DNA of 64,000 nucleotides from assembly GCA_034003585.1 (NCBI GenBank), contig JAVEYH010000003.1, forward strand, positions 13,523 through 77,522, read 5' to 3'. This stretch comes from Kiritimatiellia bacterium (GTDB lineage Bacteria > Verrucomicrobiota > Kiritimatiellia > RFP12 > UBA1067). Positions within the stretch are counted from its first letter, which is position 1. The number at the start of each line of letters is the position of its first letter. The notes beneath the pieces are model-generated. The model was not told where the DNA came from. It saw only the letters and a program-made list of their open reading frames with translations, and ran no database searches. Position numbers and translations under genes: made by a program. Positions 55,801 through 64,000 of the stretch are shown one piece after another.

Positions 55801-57183
55801 TCACACCTCCAGCTTCCACGGGGCACGCAGATGCGGCGCGAGAAGCTTGTCGGCCGCAGCGTCGTCCACAAACCGGGTATTCGCCGCGTCCCACTTCAGG
55901 TTCGTGCGCCCGAGCCGCATCCCGATGTGGGCCAGCACGGCCGGGGTCAGCGAGGAGAACCCGGCGGTCACCGGCGAGATGTTCTGCCCGCCGCTGTAAA
56001 TGTTCTCGATGAAGTTCTTCTCCTGCTGGCCGCTGCGGATCAGCTTGATCTCGTCGTCGCGGATCTTCTCGCGGATCAGCTCCGGCGGGTTGGTCTCGAG
56101 CTTGCCCCCGCTCACATAGATCTTCTTGTCGCCTTCGCCGAAGAAATGGCAGCCGTATTTGTAATCAGAGGAGACAAACACGCGCATCCCGTCGCCGTAA
56201 ACGATCTCGAAGGAGAAAGGTTCGGCCAGCGTGTTGTAGAGGTCGGACGCGGGCGGCAGGCGCCCCTTGATGTTTTCGATGGCGACCGGTTCGACGCCGT
56301 CCTTACCCAAGGCCCACTGCATGATGTCGAGCTGATGGGCCGCGAAGTCCGTGAGCATGCCGCACGAGTAGTCCAGATTGTAGCGCCACTGCATCGGATG
56401 GTGGATTTTGGGCGTGAAACGCCGTTCCGGCGCCGGCCCGAGCCAGAGGTCGAAATTGACGTACGGCGGCGGCTTGGCCAAGGGGGTCTCGCTCAACTGC
56501 TCCGGCGTCTTGCCGAAAGTGGCGTGCCCTTTGTTCAGGCCCACCTCGACACGCCGCAGCTTGCCGATGCGGTTGTTCCGCACGAATTCGCAGGCCATGC
56601 GGCAATAATCGTTCGAGCGTGACTGCGCGCCGGTCTGGAAGGTGATACCCGCCCGTTGCACCGCGCGCACCATGGCGCGCCCCTCCCGCAACGTCAAGTA
56701 AAGCGGCTTCTGTCCGTAGATGTGCTTGCCGTATTTCGCGGCCCAGACCGTGTGCAGCGCGTGCCAGTGGTCCGGCGTGCTGATGCAGACCGCGTCCAGA
56801 TCCCGGTCCAGCAGCATCTCGCGGAAATCGTCGAACACCTTGCAGCCGTTGTACCCCGGCTGCTCCTTCTGTTTGGCATAAAACTCGTTGACCTTGCGCC
56901 GTCCCGGCTCCCGCCCGCCCACACGCTCGGCCTTGTAGCCGTAAAGCGGACCCTCGGAAACGGGATCGCAAACGGATATCACCTGCACTCTGTCATTGTG
57001 CAGAAAGTTGCCGATGTTGTCCTGCGCCATCGTGCCGTAACCCAGTATGCCGACATGGACCCGCTCCGACGGCAGCGGCCTGCGGTTCCTGCAGGGCGCC
57101 ACGCACCCCGACGGCACAATCATGGGCATCGCCAGCAGCGAGCCCGCCCCCGCCGCAAACGCGCGGCGCGATATCCTGTTCAT
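55801..57183 (-). CDS. Gfo/Idh/MocA-family oxidoreductase with TAT signal
   Basis: TAT motif SRRAFAAGAG and a Rossmann-fold N-terminal half. Start chosen at MNRISRRAF. Confidence 0.8.
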   Translation of the reverse strand: MNRISRRAFAAGAGSLLAMPMIVPSGCVAPCRNRRPLPSERVHVGILGYGTMAQDNIGNFLHNDRVQVISVCDPVSEGPLYGYKAERVGGREPGRRKVNEFYAKQKEQPGYNGCKVFDDFREMLLDRDLDAVCISTPDHWHALHTVWAAKYGKHIYGQKPLYLTLREGRAMVRAVQRAGITFQTGAQSRSNDYCRMACEFVRNNRIGKLRRVEVGLNKGHATFGKTPEQLSETPLAKPPPYVNFDLWLGPAPERRFTPKIHHPMQWRYNLDYSCGMLTDFAAHQLDIMQWALGKDGVEPVAIENIKGRLPPASDLYNTLAEPFSFEIVYGDGMRVFVSSDYKYGCHFFGEGDKKIYVSGGKLETNPPELIREKIRDDEIKLIRSGQQEKNFIENIYSGGQNISPVTAGFSSLTPAVLAHIGMRLGRTNLKWDAANTRFVDDAAADKLLAPHLRAPWKLEV

Positions 57184-57448
57184 CGTTCTTCCCCCTTCGG
57201 TTGTTTCTTTTCGCCGGGTGCGCGACCGCGCCCCCTCCCGATATCTGTTAGCATACCACCCGCCCCGCCCCCTGTCCACCGGCACGCCTCCGGGTGCGCC
57301 TCAATCTTGTTGAATCCGCACTCTTGCTTGGGTGTGATTCCGTTTCACAAGACTGGACCCGCACCCCGGGCTTTACTTCACATGACGGATGGTTATATTC
57401 TCTGTTCCACACCAATCTGTGAACACGACGCGCACAAGGAGAGAAACC

Positions 57449-58885
57449 ATGCACCGAATGAAGACCGCATTGCCTGACCGCGGGGCCGCCACGCGCCGCG
57501 CCTTTCTGAAAAACACCCTGGCCGCCTCGGCTTTCACTGCTTTTCCCGCGATCCGCGCCGCGGGCCAGACCGCGCCCGGCGACAAGGTCCGGCTCGCCTG
57601 CTGCGGCATCGGCAACCAGGGCGCCAGCGACATCAACAGCCTGTACGCGACCGGCCTGTGCGACATCGTGGCCCTGTGCGACACGGACATGGGTGCGCCC
57701 CACACGCGGAAAATCCTCGAGAAGTTCCCGAACGCGCCGCGGTTCCAGGATTTCCGGAAGATGCTGGACAAGCTGGGCAATCAGATCGACGCGCTGTGCA
57801 TCGGCGTGCCGGACCACACGCACTTCCCGATCGCCATGATGGCGATGGGCCTGGGCAAGCACGTGTACGTCGAAAAGCCGATGGCCCACACCTTCCGCGA
57901 AATCGGGCTGATGATGCGGGCCGAGAAGAAAAACAAGGTCGCCGCGCAGATGGGCAACCAGGGCCACTCCGGCGCGAACTACTTCCAGTTCAAGGCGTGG
58001 ACCGAGGCGGGCGTCATCAGGAACGTGACGCGCATCGTCGCCCACATGAACGGCGCGCGGCGCTGGCACAAGTGGAACGGCGCCGTCACGGGCCTGCGGC
58101 CGGCCCAGCCCGTGCCCGAGACCCTGGACTGGGACACCTGGCTGGGGCAGGTGCCTTTCCACGACTATCACCGCGATTACGTGCAGGGCGACTGGCGCTG
58201 CTGGTACGACTTCGGCAACGGCGCGCTCGGCGACTGGGGCGCGCACATCCTGGACACGGCCCACCAGTTCCTGCAACTGGGCCTGCCGACCGAGGTGGGT
58301 GCCCTCAACATGGAGGGCCACAACCCTTACGTCTTCCCGATGGCCTCCACGCTCTCCTTCAAGTTCGCGGCGCGCGGCGCGATGCCGCCTGTGGAAGTCC
58401 TGTGGTACGACGGCGTGAAGAACTTCCCGGAACTGCCCCCGGGGTTCGGCGGCGCGGCCAAGGCCGCGGACGACATCCCCGCGCCGGGCGGCGGCTCGTC
58501 GGCAATCAGCAAGCTGAGTCCGGGCAAAGAGATCTATGCCGAAGGCCTGACCTTCAAGGGCGGGTCGCACAGCAGCACCCTGGAGATCATCCCCAAGGAA
58601 AAGGCGCGCGACCTGGCCAACCGGCTGCCGGAATACCCGAAAGGCCAGTCGAACCACTACAAGAACTTCCTGCTGGCGTGCCAGGGCCAGGAGACGTGCC
58701 GGTCCTCCTTTGAGGTCGCGGGGCCCCTCAGCCAGGTGCTGGCGCTGGGGTGCATCGCCCAGCGGCTCAACACCACGTTCGCCCTGGATCCGGTCACGCG
58801 GCGGATCACCGGCAACAAGCTCGCCAACGACCTGCTGGACGGGCCGCCCCCGCGCAAGGGGTGGGAGCAGTACTATCGGGTCTGA
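57449..58885 (+). CDS. Gfo/Idh/MocA-family oxidoreductase with TAT signal
   Basis: TAT motif TRRAFLKN, Rossmann motif CCGIGNQGASD, an AAGGAGAG RBS, and start at MHRMKTAL. Confidence 0.8.
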   Translation: MHRMKTALPDRGAATRRAFLKNTLAASAFTAFPAIRAAGQTAPGDKVRLACCGIGNQGASDINSLYATGLCDIVALCDTDMGAPHTRKILEKFPNAPRFQDFRKMLDKLGNQIDALCIGVPDHTHFPIAMMAMGLGKHVYVEKPMAHTFREIGLMMRAEKKNKVAAQMGNQGHSGANYFQFKAWTEAGVIRNVTRIVAHMNGARRWHKWNGAVTGLRPAQPVPETLDWDTWLGQVPFHDYHRDYVQGDWRCWYDFGNGALGDWGAHILDTAHQFLQLGLPTEVGALNMEGHNPYVFPMASTLSFKFAARGAMPPVEVLWYDGVKNFPELPPGFGGAAKAADDIPAPGGGSSAISKLSPGKEIYAEGLTFKGGSHSSTLEIIPKEKARDLANRLPEYPKGQSNHYKNFLLACQGQETCRSSFEVAGPLSQVLALGCIAQRLNTTFALDPVTRRITGNKLANDLLDGPPPRKGWEQYYRV

Positions 58886-58937
58886 CCCCTTCCTTGCGGG
58901 GCCGTACCCCCGGCGGCGCGGACGGCCCCGCCCCATC

Positions 58938-59459
58938 ATGCCCTTCCCCTACATTTCCATCCGAACCGGCGCGCGCCGTTTCCGGCTCGACACCGCAGCC
59001 CTCAAGCGGCTGGCCGTCGCGCTCGCGAAACGGGCGCAGGCGCGCCTGCGGCACGGCCCCGCCTGGCGGGAGATCACGATCCACCTGCTGGACGACGCCG
59101 GCATCGCGCCGGTGAACGCCGCGATCCTGGCGCACGAGGGCCCCACCGATGTCATCACGCAGCGCTACGAGCCGATCCCCGGCGAACCCGGCGGACTGAT
59201 CGGCGAGCTGTTCGTGAACGTCGAGCGCGCCGCGCGGGCCGCGCCGCGCCGCGCGGGCTGGGACGCCGACCGCGAGCTGGCGCTCTACCTCGCGCACGGC
59301 TTCGACCACCTGACCGGCGCGGAGGACCGCGCGCCCGCGGCACGGGCGCGCATGCGACGCCGCGAGCTGGCGTGGCTGCGACACCTTTCATTGACACCCC
59401 TGTTCCGAAGCGGTACGATACCGATTCAAAACCGGTCCCCACGGGAGTCTTCCACATGA
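58938..59459 (+). CDS. ybeY: rRNA maturation endoribonuclease YbeY
   Basis: Zinc-binding motif region ...ALYLAHGFDHLTGAED... (HGxLHLxGYDH-like). Size about 170 aa. Confidence 0.7.
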   Translation: MPFPYISIRTGARRFRLDTAALKRLAVALAKRAQARLRHGPAWREITIHLLDDAGIAPVNAAILAHEGPTDVITQRYEPIPGEPGGLIGELFVNVERAARAAPRRAGWDADRELALYLAHGFDHLTGAEDRAPAARARMRRRELAWLRHLSLTPLFRSGTIPIQNRSPRESST

Positions 59460-61156
59460 ATGGCGCGTTGCTGCTGAGTCTCTGCGGTCTCCTCTTTCTG
59501 CTCGCGTATACCGTGTACGGACGCCTGATCGAACGCATTCTGGGCGTGGACCCCGGACGGCCCACCCCCGCGCACACGCTGAAAGACGGCATCGACTACG
59601 TGCCGACTCATCCGGCGATCCTCTTCGGACACCACTTCGCCAGCATCGCGGGCGCGGGGCCGATCGTCGGGCCGGTTCTCGCCGCGCAGTACGGCTGGAT
59701 GGCGGTCGCGCTCTGGGTCGTGCTCGGCTGCATTTTCATCGGCGCGGCGCATGACCTGGCCACGCTCTTTCTCTCGATCCGCCATCAGGGGCGTTCCATC
59801 GGCACGGTCATCGAATCGCTCATGGGCTATCCCGGGCGCCTGCTGTTCCTCGGCTTCTGCTGGTTCGCCCTGGTCCTCGTGGTCGCCGAATTCACGCGCA
59901 TCGTGGCCGAAACCTTTGTCGGCACGCCCGCCGTGGCCACCGCTTCCCTGCTGTTCATCGTACTGGCCGTGCTGTTCGGCCAGGTCCTCAACCGGGGCCT
60001 GATGTCCATTACCCGGGCCTCTTTCCTTTTTGTGCCGCTGACCTTCGCCTGCGTCTATCTCGGCGCGCTGATGCCGCTGGACCTGACGCAGGCGCTGGGG
60101 TGCGGACCCCGCGCCGCGTCCCGCGTCTGGACCGTCTTGCTGCTGGCCTATTGCTTTGCGGCCTCGGTGCTGCCCGTGTGGATGCTGCTGCAGCCGCGCG
60201 ACTACCTCAACTCCTTCCTGCTCTACGCCATGATGCTGCTCGGCGTGGCCGGTATCTTCGTGGCCGCGCCCCACCTCCGCCTGGACGCCGTGACCGGGTG
60301 GCGCGCGCTCAATCCCGTGACCCACGGGCGTGACCCCATGCTGCCGCTCCTCTTCGTGACCGTGGCCTGCGGCGCCTGCTCGGGCTTTCACGCGCTGGTG
60401 GCTTCCGGCACCACCGCCAAGCAGGTGGAGAACGAACGCCACATCCGGCCCATCGCCTACGGCGGCATGCTGGTCGAAGGCGTGCTCGCCATCATCGCGC
60501 TGATCGCCGTGGGGGCGCTCACCCAGACGGAATACGGCGCAGCCCTGCGCGAGCACGGCGCGGTCCGCCTGTTCGCGGGCGGGGTCGCGGGGTTCACCGG
60601 CAAGCTCGGCCTGCCGCATCAGACCGGCACGGTTTTCATCTCCCTGGCGCTCGCCGCCTTCCTGATGACCACGCTCGACACCGCCACCCGCCTCGCGCGG
60701 TTCACCTGGCAGGAGCTTTTCCTGCCGCGCGAATCCCGGGAGGGTGCCGCCGCGCCGGCCAGCCGGCTCCGCGCGTTCGGCGCCAACCGCTACACCGCCA
60801 CCCTGCTGGCGGTGCTGGCCGCAGGCTGGCTGCTGTTGGGCGGCGGGGCCGCGAGCCTCTGGCCCGTGTTCGCCTCGTCCAATCAGCTGCTCGCCGCCCT
60901 GACGCTCCTGGGGTGCGTCCTCTGGCTCCGCCGCGAACGCCGCTCCGCCAGGCTCTTCCTGCTCCCCATGCTCTTTATGATCGTGACCAGCGGCTGGGCC
61001 GTCGGCACCCTTTTCATCCGCAACCTCAGACTCTGGAGCGGGCGCGGATTCCAGGCGGGAGGCGTGATGACGCTCGCCACCGCCGTCCTCATCCTGATGG
61101 CCGCATCCCTGGTCGTATGGGGCGCGGTCAGTCTCCGGCGCTCCTCCCACAGATAG
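59456..61156 (+). CDS. cstA: carbon starvation protein CstA family transporter
   Basis: Polytopic membrane protein with the CstA N-terminal signature ...PTHPAILFGHHFASIAGAGPIVGPVLAAQYGW. ATGA overlap with ybeY. Confidence 0.8.
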   Translation: MNGALLLSLCGLLFLLAYTVYGRLIERILGVDPGRPTPAHTLKDGIDYVPTHPAILFGHHFASIAGAGPIVGPVLAAQYGWMAVALWVVLGCIFIGAAHDLATLFLSIRHQGRSIGTVIESLMGYPGRLLFLGFCWFALVLVVAEFTRIVAETFVGTPAVATASLLFIVLAVLFGQVLNRGLMSITRASFLFVPLTFACVYLGALMPLDLTQALGCGPRAASRVWTVLLLAYCFAASVLPVWMLLQPRDYLNSFLLYAMMLLGVAGIFVAAPHLRLDAVTGWRALNPVTHGRDPMLPLLFVTVACGACSGFHALVASGTTAKQVENERHIRPIAYGGMLVEGVLAIIALIAVGALTQTEYGAALREHGAVRLFAGGVAGFTGKLGLPHQTGTVFISLALAAFLMTTLDTATRLARFTWQELFLPRESREGAAAPASRLRAFGANRYTATLLAVLAAGWLLLGGGAASLWPVFASSNQLLAALTLLGCVLWLRRERRSARLFLLPMLFMIVTSGWAVGTLFIRNLRLWSGRGFQAGGVMTLATAVLILMAASLVVWGAVSLRRSSHR

Positions 61157-61168
61157 GAAAACCGCATT

Positions 61169-62334
61169 ATGGCGAAGGAACTGGCGTTCGTCCTCATCAA
61201 CCCCTACCCGATCCGGAAATCCCGCACGGGGGGCATCATCGCGCGCTATCTGGTGCGCACCGACCTCAAACTCGTGGGCGCGCGCCTGATCGGCGCCTCG
61301 CACGCGCTGACCACGGCGTTCGCCGATTACCTGAGCGCCTACGACCCCTCCGACCCCGAGAAGTGCGAGCTGTTCTCCGCCTATGTGCGCCGGGCCTTTT
61401 TGCCGGATCCCGCCAGCGGCCGGCCCCACCGTTCGATGCTGCTGCTGTTTGAGGGCGAAGACGCGGTGCGGAAAATCTTCGATGTGACCGGCAGCATCCG
61501 CCAGCGCTGGTGCAGCGGCCAAACCATCCGCGACACGTACGGCGACATGATCACCGATCCGGAAACCGGCCGCGTGGAGTATTTCGAGCCCGCCGTGCTG
61601 GTCGGCGCCTCGACCGGCGTCGTGGGCGAGGTGCTGCGCCTCTGGCTGAAACACCTGGAAACCGACGCCGGCATCGTGCGCGGCGCCATGGACGTGCCCG
61701 GCGGCGCCGACGCGCAGCAGACCCTCGTGATCATCAAACCCGACAACTGGCACCAGCCCTCCCTGCGCGCGGGCAACATCATGGACCTGCTCTCCAGTTC
61801 CGGCCTGCGCATCGTGGGCGTCAAAAAATTCTCCATGTCCGTGGCCCAGGCCGAGGCCTTCTACGGTCCGGTGCGCGAAAGCCTCAAACAGGTCTTCGGC
61901 CGCTTCGGCTCCGACCGCGCGGCCCAGGCCCTGTCGCGCGAATTCGGCTTCCCGGTCGACACCGCGCCCCTCGATGGCCTCTGCGCCTACCTCGCCCCGC
62001 TCTTCGCCGGGCGCGAGTTCGAAAACATCGTGGAATTCATGACCGGCCGCCGCCCCTCCAACTGCCTGCCCGGGGAACGCGACCTCCCCGGAGACGAGGA
62101 ATGCCTCGCCATCGTGTACGAAGGCATTGACGCCGTCAGCAAAATCCGCGATATTCTCGGCGCGACAGACCCCCTCAAGGCACGTCCCGGTTCCATCCGA
62201 CGCGAGTTCGGCACCAACATCATGGTCAATGCCGCGCACGCGTCCGACTCCGCCGAGAACGCCCGCCGCGAAATGCGGATCATTGATGTGGCCCGCGACC
62301 CGCACTTTGAGGAGCTGATCCGGAACTACTACCC

Positions 62335-62338
<4 letters not shown>
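61169..62338 (+). CDS. tandem-domain nucleoside diphosphate kinase (N-terminal degenerate NDK-like domain plus C-terminal NDK domain with approx. 60-aa insertion)
   Basis: C-terminal domain: TLVIIKPDN ... GATDPLKARPGSIRREFG ... NIMVNAAHASDSAENARREMRI (catalytic His present). N-terminal domain: LAFVLINPYPI...GGIIARYLV...LLLFEGEDAVRKIFDVTG, lacking the catalytic His. Confidence 0.75.
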
Positions 62339-63501
<1,163 letters not shown>

Positions 63502-63507
63502 CGGTCG

Positions 63508-64000
63508 TCACGGCGTAGGGGCTTCAGCCCAGCCCGCGAAGAGATTGAAGTTGCCCCCGGTGTCGTCCGCCGAGATCTCAAGTTCGCCGGTCTTGTCGAT
63601 GATCGTCTTCTCTCCGCGTGTCAGCGCGAACCGTTGCCGCCCCGGCACGAACGGCATGCCGACATGGCGGACCCCCGTATCGAAGCTGAAGGCCTGGCTG
63701 TACTCGCCGCTGGTGATCGTGAGCCGCGCGGGCGCGGCGAGGAAGAGCGTCACGAAGACGGAATCAAAGAGTGTTTCAGCATGCGCGGGATACCCGGTCG
63801 CGGAAGCGGCCTCCCGGGGCTGAAGCCGACCCGCCGCGGTTTTCGGGTGCGTCCGGTAGGCGTAGTAAAGCGTGTCAACCCGGATCGGCGGCGGTGTGCC
63901 GCGCTTGTACCACGCGATGTAATAACGGCTCAGACGCAAAAACGCCTCATGCGAGAGCATCTCGCCCCAGTGCCCATTCCAGTGCCGGGTCTCGGCAGGC
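63508..64000 (-). CDS. hypothetical protein, C-terminal part; the gene continues beyond the window end
   Basis: The open frame runs to the window edge with GC-rich third positions. No family recognised. Confidence 0.4.
   Translation of the reverse strand, partial: PAETRHWNGHWGEMLSHEAFLRLSRYYIAWYKRGTPPPIRVDTLYYAYRTHPKTAAGRLQPREAASATGYPAHAETLFDSVFVTLFLAAPARLTITSGEYSQAFSFDTGVRHVGMPFVPGRQRFALTRGEKTIIDKTGELEISADDTGGNFNLFAGWAEAPTP

Noticed and set aside
59426-62305. 959-aa minus-strand ORF antisense to cstA and the tandem NDK gene
   Set aside because: Plus-strand genes have clear family signatures (CstA, NDK) and ATGA-coupled junctions. The antisense ORF is low-complexity.

Overview
This is a high-GC (about 65%), densely coding bacterial window. 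No rRNA, tRNA, CRISPR array, IS element or integrase was found. The dominant feature is a complete but dispersed type IVa pilus (Tfp) system. It comprises pilB-pilC (6.1-9.0 kb), a sigma-54 enhancer-binding response regulator next to a pilA-like major pilin (9.1-11.0 kb), a minus-strand operon of prepilin-like minor pilins with unknown membrane-protein genes at its 3' end (11.2-19.4 kb), pilMNOPQ, then a 2224-aa secreted beta-helix/repeat giant protein, then a pilT with an unusual TPR tail (19.7-32.7 kb), and a second pseudopilin cluster with a GspK/PilX-like protein (35.2-38.5 kb). Near-identical sigma-54 promoter motifs (TGGCAY-N5-CTGCT) sit upstream of pilB, pilA and pilM. No prepilin peptidase (PilD) and no PilS-like cognate kinase gene is present in the window. 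The rest of the window encodes a hybrid histidine kinase, PAS-only proteins, an HU-like protein fused to two zinc ribbons, a coiled-coil YacP-type NYN protein followed by an RsmC-like methyltransferase, a GH29 fucosidase, secreted beta-helix and glycoside-hydrolase proteins, a TetR-controlled RND efflux operon in which the inner-membrane RND pump is fused in-frame to the outer-membrane factor, LpxL, two TAT-exported Gfo/Idh/MocA oxidoreductases, YbeY, CstA, a tandem-domain nucleoside diphosphate kinase and an aspartate aminotransferase. The gene content (many prepilin-like proteins, giant beta-helix proteins, fucosidase, TAT Gfo/Idh/MocA) is suggestive of a PVC-superphylum-type organism, but that is only an impression. 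The six-frame track also contains many long antisense ORFs. These are artefacts of stop-codon-poor high-GC DNA and were not called.
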